DNA from: Longimicrobiales bacterium
GTDB lineage: Bacteria; Gemmatimonadota; Gemmatimonadetes; Longimicrobiales; Gaopeijiaceae
Length of the DNA: 64,000 nucleotides
Reading direction: 5' to 3'
Assembly: GCA_965238005.1 (NCBI GenBank)
Contig: OZ250165.1
Location: 4,640,001-4,704,000 of the forward strand
Shown: positions 1 through 9,271 of the stretch, one piece after another
Layout: each line of letters opens with the position of its first letter
How positions within the stretch are numbered: position 1 is the first letter of the stretch
The notes under the pieces: generated by a model
Database searches by the model: none
Seen by the model: the letters and a program-made list of their open reading frames with translations, nothing else
Told to the model about the DNA's origin: nothing
Made by a program: the position numbers and the translations under genes

Positions 1-917
1 TGAGGCACCAGGATCACCGTCACCGCGGAGGTGCCCGTCGCGTTGCCGCTCGTGGCCGTGATCGTCGCCGTACCCTCCGCCACGCCCGTCGCCAGCCCCG
101 TGGCGCTCACCGTGGCCACGGTTGCGTCCGACGACGTCCATCCCACCTCGGCCCCGGCGATCGCGTTGCCGTTCGCGTCGCTCACCGTGGCGGTCAGCTG
201 CTGCGTCAGCCCGATCGCCACCGTCGGAGCAGCAGGCGTCACCGCCACCGCGGCCGCTACCTGCTGCACCACTACCGCCGCCGTGCCCGAGAGCGCGTCG
301 CTCGTCGCCGTGATCGTCGCGTTGCCGTTCGCCACCGCGGTCACCAGCCCCGTCACGTCCACGCTGGCCAGCGTACCGTCCGACGTCATCCACGTGAACG
401 TGCCACCGGCCACCGCGTTGCCGTTCGCGTCGACCAGTTGAGCGCTAAGCTGTGAGGTAGCCCCAAAGGCGTTCAGGTTCACCGTGGCCGGCGTGACCGA
501 CACGCCCGCAGGATCACCCGCGACCGCGGTCGCCGTGAACACGAGCGGCGACAGGTTCGGGATGGTCGCGGTCACCGTCTGCTGGCCCGCCGTGGTGCCC
601 AAGGTCCATGTCGTCGACGCACTGCCGTCCACTCCCGTGGTCGACGAGGCCGGGTTCACCGAGCCCCCGCCCGTCGTCGCCGCCCAGGTGATCGTCACGC
701 CGGCCAGCACGTTGCCGTTCTGGTCCGAGATGATCACCGTAATGCTCGTCGGCAGCACCGTGCCCGCCAAGGCCGTCTGGCCGTCTCCCGAGCTCGAGGC
801 CCCCGTGGGCACCAGGGCGGGAGGCGGTTCCGTGCCGCCGTCGCCCCCACAGGAGGCCACGAGAACGGTGAGCAGGAAGACTTGGAGAGCGTTTACGGCA
901 CCGGAGGGGACGCGCAT
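1..917 (-). CDS. Lipoprotein with bacterial Ig-like (Big_1/Big_2) repeats; runs off the window start
   Basis: Not in the ORF track. Manual minus-strand translation from ATG at 917 gives MRVPSGAVNALQVFLLTVLVASCGGDGGTEPP (lipobox VASC), then Ig-like repeats such as VTPATVNLNAFGATSQLSAQLVDANGNAV and WTSSDATVATVSATGLATGVAEGTATITAT. Confidence 0.85.
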   Translation of the reverse strand, partial: MRVPSGAVNALQVFLLTVLVASCGGDGGTEPPPALVPTGASSSGDGQTALAGTVLPTSITVIISDQNGNVLAGVTITWAATTGGGSVNPASSTTGVDGSASTTWTLGTTAGQQTVTATIPNLSPLVFTATAVAGDPAGVSVTPATVNLNAFGATSQLSAQLVDANGNAVAGGTFTWMTSDGTLASVDVTGLVTAVANGNATITATSDALSGTAAVVVQQVAAAVAVTPAAPTVAIGLTQQLTATVSDANGNAIAGAEVGWTSSDATVATVSATGLATGVAEGTATITATSGNATGTSAVTVILVP

Positions 918-1043
918 GGATCGGCTCGCTGATCTGAAGATGAGTGGCCTGCGGGAGGCGCCGAGATCGCCAGGTCGCCGACGCACCCGCCTATCCATTC
1001 TTGGCAGCCCAGGCTGTTGGCCGCAAGCGGGGAGGCTAAAACG

Positions 1044-1826
1044 CTACTCTGCCTTCAGGCACTCCACCACATCCACGCTCGCCGCCCGCCGCGCGGGCTT
1101 GAGCACGGCCAGCATGGCCGCGGCGACCAGGGCGAACGACGCCATCGCGAAGGCGGTGGGATCGAAGGGCGCCACCTCGTAGAGGGATCGTTCGAGCAGA
1201 CGCACGAGCCCCACGCTCCCCGCCAGCCCCAGGAACAGTCCAACCACCGCGATGCCCAGACCCTGCCTCAGGACCAGCACGTAAATCGAGCCGGGATGTG
1301 CGCCGACAGCCACTCGGACGCCGAGCTCGCGGGTCCGCCGACCCACGGACTGGGCGAGGCTGCCGTACAAGCCGATCGCCGCGAGCAGCAGAGCGATGGC
1401 CGCGAAGCGCCCGAGGAGAACCGCGTTGAAGCGCGGACCCGTCCGCACCTCCCGGATGCGGCTGGTCAGCGGGCCCATCCGCTGAACGGGCAGGAACGTG
1501 GAGAACCGTGCGGCGGCCTCCACCCCCTGCCGTACCTCCGTCATCCAGTCCCCCATCCCGCCGCCTCCCTCTCCCCTCCAGGTTCGCCGTGGGTCATAGG
1601 ACCCGTCTCGCTCGTTCCTCAGTCGCAGCCTGAAAGCACCCGGCATCCACCAACGCAGCAGGGACGCGAGCACGTTCAGGAGGTATGCGAGCTCTGCGCC
1701 CGCCCGGGAGCCTCCCCCCTCGAGGCGCTCACGGTACTCCTCGGTCAGGTCCCCCGTCAGAAACTCGGCGCCAACTCCGCGAATCAGCGCAGCGAGGGGT
1801 CGTGCCAGGGGAAGTCGGCCTCTCAC
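1044..1826 (-). pseudogene. ADOP/FtsX-like ABC permease, internally deleted (N-terminal prefix fused in frame to the last FtsX domain)
   Basis: N-terminal GDLTEEYRER prefix and C-terminal ALLLAAIGLYG...RRTRELGVRVAVGA...PARRAASVD. Only 260 aa, whereas the family is normally several times longer. Directly downstream of padR. Confidence 0.75.
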
Positions 1827-2185
1827 AGCCTGGTCTCGGCCTCCGTGGCCTCCTCGAGCCGACGATCGAGTCGGCCCAGCAGACCCTTCGACATGGACCG
1901 GAAGATTCGCACGGCCTCGCCCAAGGCCTCCAGGCCCGTCGGCTCGAGTCGGTAGAGACGCTTGCGACGTCCCCCGCGCTCCGATGTCGGATCACCCACC
2001 CACGACTGCACCAAACCCTGGTCCCGGAGCCGATCCAGGGCCGTGTAGACGGCTCCGGACGACACGGGTCGCCCCGTCCGCTCCTCGATGGCCCGGCGGA
2101 TCGACACGCCGTAGGCCTCCTTGTTCTCTAGCTGGAGGAGCGCGAAAAGGATGGACTGCTCGAATTCGCCGAGGGTCTTGGGCAT
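1823..2185 (-). CDS. PadR family transcriptional regulator (acidobacterial type)
   Basis: LGEFEQSILFALL...AYGVSIRRAIEERTGR.VSSGAVYTALDRL...GGRRKRLYRL. Confidence 0.92.
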   Translation of the reverse strand: MPKTLGEFEQSILFALLQLENKEAYGVSIRRAIEERTGRPVSSGAVYTALDRLRDQGLVQSWVGDPTSERGGRRKRLYRLEPTGLEALGEAVRIFRSMSKGLLGRLDRRLEEATEAETRL

Positions 2186-2330
2186 GGCCTCGCCGGCTAA
2201 GGACTACAGTGCAGCATAAATCGACGAAATATTAGTGTCACAACGTAGGACTTTTGTCAATGGCGGTTGGCACCTCACCCCACCCCGGTCACGATCTAGC
2301 GCTTGAGGTCGGCGCCACCCATAGTGGTCC

Positions 2331-3380
2331 ATGATGCCCGAGCACCCGCGAATCCTCTCGTTGGCCACCGCATACCCGCCGCATGTCCTCGAACAGCAAC
2401 GGGTCGTCGAGGCGGCGGGAGAGATCTTCTCCGGCGACTTCTCCGACTTCGGGCGTCTCGTGCCCATCTTCGAGAACACCGGCATCGAGACCCGGCACTC
2501 TTGCGTGCCGCTGGAGTGGTACGTCGAACCGCACGACTTCGCCGAGCGGAACCGGATCTATCTGGAGAACGCCGTGGCACTCCTGCGGCAGGCCTCCAGC
2601 GACTGCCTGCGGGAGGCGGGGCTGTCCGCCGGCGACATCGACATGATCGTGACGGTCTCCAGCTCAGGGATCGCCACGCCCAGCCTGGACGCGCTCCTCA
2701 TGGCGGAGATGCCCTTCCGCCGCGACGTGGGCCGGCTGCCGATTTTCGGGCTGGGCTGCGCGGGCGGTATCCTTGGGCTGTCGCGGGCGGCGGCCCTCTC
2801 CAGGGCCCAGCCGGGCGCGCGGATCCTGTTCCTGGTGGTGGAGCTGTGCGCCCTGACCTTCCGCCATGGCGACCGTTCGAAGAGTAACGTCGTGGCGACC
2901 GCGCTCTTCGGCGACGGAGCCGGCGGCGCCATCCTCTCGAGCGAGGGCGACGGGCCTTCGATCACCGCCTGGGGCGAGCACTGCTTTCCCGACTCGCTGG
3001 GGGTGATGGGCTGGGACGTGCGGAACGACGGGCTGGCCGTGCTCTTCTCACGCCACATCCCCAGCATCGTCCGGGACGAGATGGGACCGGTGGTGCGTGA
3101 GTTCCTGAGGAAGCACGGTGTCGGGCTGGCGGACGTCTCGAGGTTTCTCTGTCACCCGGGCGGTGCCAAGGTGATCGACGCCTTGGAGGCGATCTTCGAG
3201 CTGCCCGAAGGCGGATTGGCCGATAGCCGCGCCGTCCTCCGCGAGCACGGCAACATGTCGGCCGCCACGGTGATGTTCGTGCTCGAGCGCGCTCTGAACG
3301 ACGGAGCCCAGGGACACCTATTGCTGTCCTCGTTGGGCCCGGGGTTCACGGCCGCATTCGCGCTCATCGACGCTCCCTAG
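2331..3380 (+). CDS. Type III polyketide synthase (SrsA/BpsA-like)
   Basis: Catalytic triad motifs GLGCAGG, CHPGG and HGNMSA; also LFGDGAG and LGPGFT. Confidence 0.93.
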   Translation: MMPEHPRILSLATAYPPHVLEQQRVVEAAGEIFSGDFSDFGRLVPIFENTGIETRHSCVPLEWYVEPHDFAERNRIYLENAVALLRQASSDCLREAGLSAGDIDMIVTVSSSGIATPSLDALLMAEMPFRRDVGRLPIFGLGCAGGILGLSRAAALSRAQPGARILFLVVELCALTFRHGDRSKSNVVATALFGDGAGGAILSSEGDGPSITAWGEHCFPDSLGVMGWDVRNDGLAVLFSRHIPSIVRDEMGPVVREFLRKHGVGLADVSRFLCHPGGAKVIDALEAIFELPEGGLADSRAVLREHGNMSAATVMFVLERALNDGAQGHLLLSSLGPGFTAAFALIDAP

Positions 3381-3381
3381 C

Positions 3382-3894
3382 GTGGGGGTCGTCGAGTGGG
3401 TGGTGGCTCTGGTGGTGCTCCAGCGGCTGGTAGAGCTGGCCCGGTCGCGGCGGAACGAGCGAGCGTTGCTGGCCCGGGGCGGGGTGGAGGTCGGCGCCCG
3501 GCACCACCCGCTCCTGGTCCTGCTCCACACGAGCTGGCTGCTGGCCATACTGGCGTTCGCGCCGCGTGACGCCCTGAGCCTCGGACTGCTCGGGGCGTTC
3601 GTGGTTCTACAGGCGCTGCGCGTGTGTATGATCGCCACCCTGGGCCCTTACTGGACGACGCGGGTGATCACCGTGGCCGACGCCCCCCTCGTCCGGACCG
3701 GGCCCTACCGTTGGCTACGGCACCCCAACTACTGGATCGTGGTGGGCGAGATCGCCCTGCTTCCGGCGGCCTTCGGCGCCTATGCAGTCGCCGTGGTGTT
3801 CTCGGTCCTCAACGCCGTCCTTCTGTTGCACCGGGTTCGCGTCGAGGAGGCGGCGCTCGCGCCGCGGCGAAAAGCGACCATCAGGAGCGTCTGA
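3382..3894 (+). CDS. Isoprenylcysteine carboxyl methyltransferase family protein (SrsB/BpsB-like)
   Basis: QRLVELARSRRNE, LGPYWTTRV, GPYRWLRHPNY, RVRVEEAAL; adjacent to the type III PKS. Confidence 0.9.
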   Translation: MGVVEWVVALVVLQRLVELARSRRNERALLARGGVEVGARHHPLLVLLHTSWLLAILAFAPRDALSLGLLGAFVVLQALRVCMIATLGPYWTTRVITVADAPLVRTGPYRWLRHPNYWIVVGEIALLPAAFGAYAVAVVFSVLNAVLLLHRVRVEEAALAPRRKATIRSV

Positions 3895-3967
3895 AGGATC
3901 GCAGGGGGCTCGTTTCATCGACTACCCACCTTCAACAGGGCTTCCGTGCGTAACGGAGAACGAAGGC

Positions 3968-3991
3968 GGGGTCGGGCGATCCGACCTCCCC
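3968..3991. terminator. GC-rich hairpin between convergent genes, possible terminator
   Basis: GGTCGG-gcgat-CCGACC inverted repeat; no clear U-tract. Confidence 0.3.
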
Positions 3992-4005
3992 GTAGACCTT
4001 AAGAC

Positions 4006-6018
4006 CTACGGCAGCTTGAGCGCGGCCAGCATGTTCGGGATCTGCACCACGATGTGCTGCTTGCCCTCGTGCATGAAGGTGCTCAGGCCGTAGCGGGGAT
4101 TGCCCGGCAGCTCGACCTGGGCGAGGCGCTCGCCCGTGGCCTTGTTCACGGCGTAGAGGTAGGGCGTGCCGTCGCTGCCGTTACCCGTATGGATGAGCAG
4201 GGTCTTCGTCACGATCTGAGCGGCCTGCTGTCCGGTTCCCGTGTTGGGGATGTCCATACCCCGGAGCGCCGAGCTGTTCAGCACGATGTCGGGCGTGTCC
4301 CCCACCGGGATCCACCAGAGATGCTCTCCGGTGTTCATGTCGATGGCGGTGATCTTGCTGTACGGCGGCTTGAAGATCGGCATACCCCGGATGCGCCCGA
4401 ATGCAGCGGCGCCACCCACCGCGAACGCGTTGATCGTGGTGCCCGTGGGCTGGTCCTCCCGGGCGTCCCTCTCCTCGCCCGGAACCATGATCCGCGACGA
4501 GCACCCCTTCTTCGACGTCACGTACAGGATCCCCGTCTCCGGGTCCGCCGCCGGCGTGCCGTCGATGTTCGTCCCGCCCACGTCCCCGGGGCACCAGATC
4601 GACGCCGTCTTGCCGAGGTCGTTGTCCCGGTGGAGCGGCGGCGTGAAAAGGGGTCCGTAGACGAAGTCGTCCAGGATCTCCAGCGCCTGCGCCCTGAGCT
4701 CCGGCGTGAAGTCGATGAGATCGTCCGCGGTGAGCCCCTGCATGTCGTAGGCAGCCGGCTTGGTCGGGAACGGCTGCGTAGGCGACAGATGCTCGCCGGG
4801 CATGAGCGCCTCAGGCACCGGCCGCTCCTCGATGGGCCAGATGGGCTCACCCGTCTCCCGGTTGAAGGCGTAAGCAAACGCCTGCTTGGTGACCTGCACC
4901 ACCGCCGGGATCTCCTCCCTGTCCACCGTCACGTCCATGAGGACCGGAACGGTGGGGGTGTCGTAGTTCCAGATGTCGTGATGGACCAACTGATAGTGCC
5001 ACACCCGTTCACCGGTCTTCACGTCCAGCGCGATGAGGCTCGTGCTGAACAGGTTGTCGCCGGGCCGGAAGCCTCCCCAGAAGTCGGCCGTGGCGCCGTT
5101 CGTCGGGATGTAGACGATCCCGCGCTCGTAGTCGGCCGAGAGCGGTGCCCAGGACGAGATGTCGCCGGTCCACTCCCAGGCGTCGTTCTCCCACGTCTCG
5201 TGCCCGAACTCACCGGGGCCCGGAAGAACGTCAAACTTCCAGAGGTGCTCACCGGTCCGGGCGTCGTACGCCAGGATGTCGCCCGGGACCATCTCCTGCC
5301 GGGACTGGTTATAGCCCTGTTCGGCGGAGTTCCCCACAATGATCACGCCGTTGACCACGATGGCCGGCGAGGAGCTGGTGATGTAGCCGAGCTCCAGCGG
5401 GATCCCCTCGACCACGTCATAGGGATGACCCAGGTCGGCCAGGAGATCCACTGTGCCCGTCTCCGGGAAGCCGTCGATGGGAATGCCGCTGCCGAAGCCC
5501 TCGATGGGCTCACCCGTGTCGGCGTCCAAGGCATGCAGGAAGAAGGCGGGGGTCACCACATAGACCACGTCCCTTCCGTCGATCTTCCCGTAGGCGACTC
5601 CCTTCCCGTGGTTCTTCCGCATGGAGTACTCCCACCGGAAGGTGGGGGGCTCCACAAAGGTCCAGATCGTCTCTCCCGTGGAGGCGTCGATGGCCACCAC
5701 GTGCCGGCGCTCGCCCGCCACGGTGATGAGCTTGCCGTTCACATAGATGGGCGTGGACCGGGCGTTCACGTTCGGGAAGTCCGAGCCGTCCCACGTCCAC
5801 GCCACCTCGAGGTCCGCGAAGTTCTCCGCGTTGATCTGGTCCAGGGGGGAATACCTCTGGCCCGAGCCGTTGCCCGTGATGTACACCCAGTCCCCCTCGT
5901 GGGGAGCACCGGCGGGTCCCTGGGTGTCTGCACACCCCACGGCCACTAGGGCGCAGAGTGTCATGACGAGCCAGGCTCCGACGGAGGTAGGTCTCGAGGA
6001 AGGACGCTCTCTGCTCAT
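4006..6018 (-). CDS. PQQ-dependent beta-propeller dehydrogenase (quinoprotein glucose dehydrogenase-like), lipoprotein
   Basis: Lipobox AVGC; RYSPLDQIN, ALDVKTGERVWHYQLVHHDIWNYD, PTQPFPTKP, KPPYSKITAIDMNTGE. Confidence 0.9.
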   Translation of the reverse strand: MSRERPSSRPTSVGAWLVMTLCALVAVGCADTQGPAGAPHEGDWVYITGNGSGQRYSPLDQINAENFADLEVAWTWDGSDFPNVNARSTPIYVNGKLITVAGERRHVVAIDASTGETIWTFVEPPTFRWEYSMRKNHGKGVAYGKIDGRDVVYVVTPAFFLHALDADTGEPIEGFGSGIPIDGFPETGTVDLLADLGHPYDVVEGIPLELGYITSSSPAIVVNGVIIVGNSAEQGYNQSRQEMVPGDILAYDARTGEHLWKFDVLPGPGEFGHETWENDAWEWTGDISSWAPLSADYERGIVYIPTNGATADFWGGFRPGDNLFSTSLIALDVKTGERVWHYQLVHHDIWNYDTPTVPVLMDVTVDREEIPAVVQVTKQAFAYAFNRETGEPIWPIEERPVPEALMPGEHLSPTQPFPTKPAAYDMQGLTADDLIDFTPELRAQALEILDDFVYGPLFTPPLHRDNDLGKTASIWCPGDVGGTNIDGTPAADPETGILYVTSKKGCSSRIMVPGEERDAREDQPTGTTINAFAVGGAAAFGRIRGMPIFKPPYSKITAIDMNTGEHLWWIPVGDTPDIVLNSSALRGMDIPNTGTGQQAAQIVTKTLLIHTGNGSDGTPYLYAVNKATGERLAQVELPGNPRYGLSTFMHEGKQHIVVQIPNMLAALKLP

Positions 6019-6145
6019 GTGAAGCTCTCCACTGCATGCGATGCTGAAAAGGCCTCAGGGGTGGCATCATGGGCCGGGCGCCCCAGATCACGCCAGAAGG
6101 TTCTTGCGCGGCAAGCAAGCCGGTCGATCCGATACCGCCCCACCG

Positions 6146-7690
6146 CTACCGGGGCCAGGCCTGCATGTCCTCCGGCACGCGTCCTGCCACCGTAGAGTAG
6201 GTACGCCCGAACCGGTCGGTAGCCTCCACGCGCACCTCCCTCGCGTCCGGGGAAGCCGGCGCGTAGTACAGGTAGCGCGGGTAGGGGTTGACCCAGGGAC
6301 GCCGGGGCGGCAGCTCGTCACCCGAGTGGATCCGGAGGCTTACTGGGTCGAAGCCCACCCGTCGGGCCATCCGACCTCTTCGCTCGCCATCCTCATACCA
6401 GACCACCGTCCAGCCCTCGTCGGCATCCCATACGTTGGCCACCAGCTCCTGAGGCGCACTGGGATCCGCGCCCGGCAGATAGGCTCGCATCTGATGGTCG
6501 GCTCCGTGTCCCGTTGACTTGTAGCGCCAGATGACCTCCTCGCCCTCCACGTCGTAGACGCTGTACCCGTGGGGCGTGCCATCCCCGCAGATGGGCCCGC
6601 TCCACCACGCCCCGCACACCGTCCCGCTCACGTGCTCGTGGACGCCGTTGTGGTAGTTGTGGTCGTTCTCATGGGTGTGGCCACAGACGATGTGGGCGTC
6701 GAAGGGCTCCAACAGTCGGTACAGGCTCCCCCGATTGTTCACCGACACCGTGTTGCCTGGGCTGCGCGCGTCGCTCCGGATGTAACGCGTGCCCTGGACG
6801 GGGATGTGCAGGGCGACGATGACGGTCCGTCCCGCCTCCACCTCCGCCAGGTCTTCCTCCAGCCACCGGAGCTGGTCCTGCTGGACGTACCCGATGTAGC
6901 CGGTCCCATGATAGAACACGTTGTCCATCACCACATAGTGGACGGCGCCCCTATCGAAGGAATAGAAGCGGGGTCCGAATCGCTCCGAGAACGTCCTCGT
7001 AGACTCCTCGTCCACTCCACCCTCCAAGTCCAGGTCGTGGTTCCCGATGACCTGGAAAAAGGGGACCCCCATGCGCTGCACGCCCCGCTCATACTCGGGA
7101 TACAGGGACAGGTCGTCGTACATGATATCGCCGCAGGCGATGCCGAAGGTGTGTCGATCACCCAAAGAACGGATGGTGGCCTGGGCGTCTGGGACGCTCA
7201 GGGCGTGGAACTGCTCCATCTCCCACGCGTCCTGTGTCTGCGGGTCTGGAAGGAGAAGCATCGTATGGGAGTCGTCCGATCCATCGAGGCGCTCCAGCGC
7301 GAAGAGGGCGTCCATCTCGCCACGTCTGTCCGGCCGGATGGGGTGGTAGAAACGGGCCGTCCCGGTGGGGTTCAGGGGGATGCCGTGTCCAGACGGCAGG
7401 GAGCACGAGACGAACCGGCGATCCGTAGAGCTCACGAGCTCGAACCGACCATCACTCCCCGTCCGGACCACGCTCCGTCCGTCCGTGATTCCCACACGGC
7501 CAAGCCCCCTACCGGAGGCCATCACCCGTCCGCGAATCCGGACCGGATCGCGACTCCAGAGCGTCTGGACAAGCGGGGCGTACGGGTCCGCCAGGATCCG
7601 CTCGGGCGCGACGACCGCGGCGGCCGTGAGGCCGGCGGCGGAGGTGAGGAATGACCGGCGATCTAGAGCACGACTCTCGCGGCGTTGCAC
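6146..7690 (-). CDS. Calcineurin-like metallophosphoesterase with Tat signal
   Basis: GTG at 7690 with AGGAGG RBS; DRRSFL Tat motif; DPQ, GDIMYD, GNHD and GHTH motifs; VCGAWWSG...DGTPHGY C-terminal domain. Confidence 0.88.
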   Translation of the reverse strand: MQRRESRALDRRSFLTSAAGLTAAAVVAPERILADPYAPLVQTLWSRDPVRIRGRVMASGRGLGRVGITDGRSVVRTGSDGRFELVSSTDRRFVSCSLPSGHGIPLNPTGTARFYHPIRPDRRGEMDALFALERLDGSDDSHTMLLLPDPQTQDAWEMEQFHALSVPDAQATIRSLGDRHTFGIACGDIMYDDLSLYPEYERGVQRMGVPFFQVIGNHDLDLEGGVDEESTRTFSERFGPRFYSFDRGAVHYVVMDNVFYHGTGYIGYVQQDQLRWLEEDLAEVEAGRTVIVALHIPVQGTRYIRSDARSPGNTVSVNNRGSLYRLLEPFDAHIVCGHTHENDHNYHNGVHEHVSGTVCGAWWSGPICGDGTPHGYSVYDVEGEEVIWRYKSTGHGADHQMRAYLPGADPSAPQELVANVWDADEGWTVVWYEDGERRGRMARRVGFDPVSLRIHSGDELPPRRPWVNPYPRYLYYAPASPDAREVRVEATDRFGRTYSTVAGRVPEDMQAWPR

Positions 7691-7769
7691 GGAATACCTC
7701 CTGTGATGTGTTGTGCCAGGATTCTGGCACACCGAAAGTGCATCCGCGAGAGGGCGCAGCCGCCCGGGC

Positions 7770-8249
7770 CTACCCCAACGGGTCCGGACACCCCTCCCGT
7801 TTCCGCGTATCGGAGATCTGCGTGACCTTCCACCCGTCCGCGTCGCGGAGCAGCTCGATGGAGTTGATCCCGCAGTGGCTGATCTCGCCGTCCCGGTAGA
7901 AGGTGTAGGGGGCCCAAACGGACGCCATGGTCCCGTCGACCTGGACTTCGACGTCGTAGATCCGCTCGTCCCAGCTCCCCTCCGACCCACCGATGGCTTC
8001 GATCCAGCCGTCCACGGTCTGGCCGCGGATCGTGGCCGGCCCGTTCCGGGAGTCGATGATCGCGAAGCGGGCCTCGGATGCCAACACGTCTCGCACCATC
8101 TGGGAGTTCGCCGTGCGCATCCCCTCGAAGACCTGATCCACCGCCGCCCTGACCTCGGCTTCCTGTCCCGCGAGGCCCGTCGCGGACGCCATGGTGAGCG
8201 CGATCGCGGCGATCAGTCTGCCCGTTCTACCCGACATCAACCTGCCCAT
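7770..8249 (-). CDS. Secreted NTF2/SnoaL-like protein
   Basis: Signal peptide; WDERIYDVEVQVDGTMASVWAPYTFYRDGEISHCGINSIEL...WKVTQISDTR. Confidence 0.8.
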   Translation of the reverse strand: MGRLMSGRTGRLIAAIALTMASATGLAGQEAEVRAAVDQVFEGMRTANSQMVRDVLASEARFAIIDSRNGPATIRGQTVDGWIEAIGGSEGSWDERIYDVEVQVDGTMASVWAPYTFYRDGEISHCGINSIELLRDADGWKVTQISDTRKREGCPDPLG

Positions 8250-8318
8250 TTCCCCTTCTCCGGTTCGTGTGGCGATGGAAAGCTCCTCAGAGCCGCCAGG
8301 TGAGCGTCAGGGCCCGCT

Positions 8319-9251
8319 TCAGTAGCTCAGGCATCGGGGCTCCTCGCCCCGAACCCAGGCCGCAAGCATCTGCCACTCCGGATCGTTCTGCGAGAACCAG
8401 CGCCGGCCACCGCCGTGGTAGTGATCCCCGCCCGCCTCGGGGGCCAGGGGGTGGGTGAGGAACCGGCTGTAGAGGGGGTACCCCGGCTCCACGTAGCGCT
8501 TGATCAGCTCGAAGTTCTGCCTCGATTCCTCGAGGTTCCAATAGGACCGGCCGTCCGTGATGGTCCGGGCGAAACCGCGACTGCCCGAGCTGTGGCAGTA
8601 CTTGCACTCCATGCGGCCCTCGCGCTTGTTCAGGAAGATCTGCTGCACGCAGCTCCGGAAGAACCCGAAGTCGAGGGGTGGCGGAGTCGTCTCGTCGGCG
8701 GCGAGGTCGGCGGGAGCTTCGCCGGTCCGTACCCAGGCCGCCATGGCCTGCCAGTCGGGGTCGCTCTGGGCCGCCCAGAACTTGCCACCCACGTGGAAGG
8801 GGTCCCCACCCGCGTCCACGGCGAGCGGCTTCCTCAGCAGCCGGCTCCGCTCGGGCTGGCCGGGCACGACCAACCGGGAGACGACCTCGAAGTTCCGCCG
8901 TGACTGCTCTTCCGACCAGAAGACCCCACCGTCCCCGGGCTCTTGGAGGGGCTGGAGCTTGAGGGGTGTCCCGGCGTGCACGTGGCAGGTGGCGCAGGGC
9001 GACATCCCTGGACCATGGCCACCCCGCGGCTTGATGAAGATCGGCTCGACGGTGGACCGGTACGACTCGAAGCTCAGAGCCGCCTGGCCCACGTACGAGT
9101 CGTGGTCCTCGTTCGAGGCCTGGCCCACGTAGGAGTCGTGGACGGCCCGGGCCGTCGCCTTTTCCACCGGCAGATGCAAGGCGAAGAGGCAGACGGCGGT
9201 GACCACGAATCCGGCCGCAGGGAGTCTCTGGATCAACGAGCTCTCGACCAT
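8319..9251 (-). CDS. Exported diheme c-type cytochrome built from two repeated domains
   Basis: CATCH and CKYCH heme motifs, each followed by SRxNFE...PG.P..SR.L..PLA..AGG...H.GG..W...DP.WQ..AAWVR. Confidence 0.75.
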   Translation of the reverse strand: MVESSLIQRLPAAGFVVTAVCLFALHLPVEKATARAVHDSYVGQASNEDHDSYVGQAALSFESYRSTVEPIFIKPRGGHGPGMSPCATCHVHAGTPLKLQPLQEPGDGGVFWSEEQSRRNFEVVSRLVVPGQPERSRLLRKPLAVDAGGDPFHVGGKFWAAQSDPDWQAMAAWVRTGEAPADLAADETTPPPLDFGFFRSCVQQIFLNKREGRMECKYCHSSGSRGFARTITDGRSYWNLEESRQNFELIKRYVEPGYPLYSRFLTHPLAPEAGGDHYHGGGRRWFSQNDPEWQMLAAWVRGEEPRCLSY

Positions 9252-9271
9252 TGAAGCCTCCCTGGGGGCCC

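Noticed and set aside
31..1182. Plus-strand Val/Ala/Thr-rich ORFs 31..441 and 484..1182
   Set aside because: They are antisense shadows of the minus-strand Ig-repeat lipoprotein.
4054..5949. Long antisense or alternative-frame ORFs (also 9665..11110, 19443..21014, 28185..29633, 36292..37917, 38620..40374, 45594..46814)
   Set aside because: They overlap well-supported genes, lack motifs and are expected in high-GC DNA.
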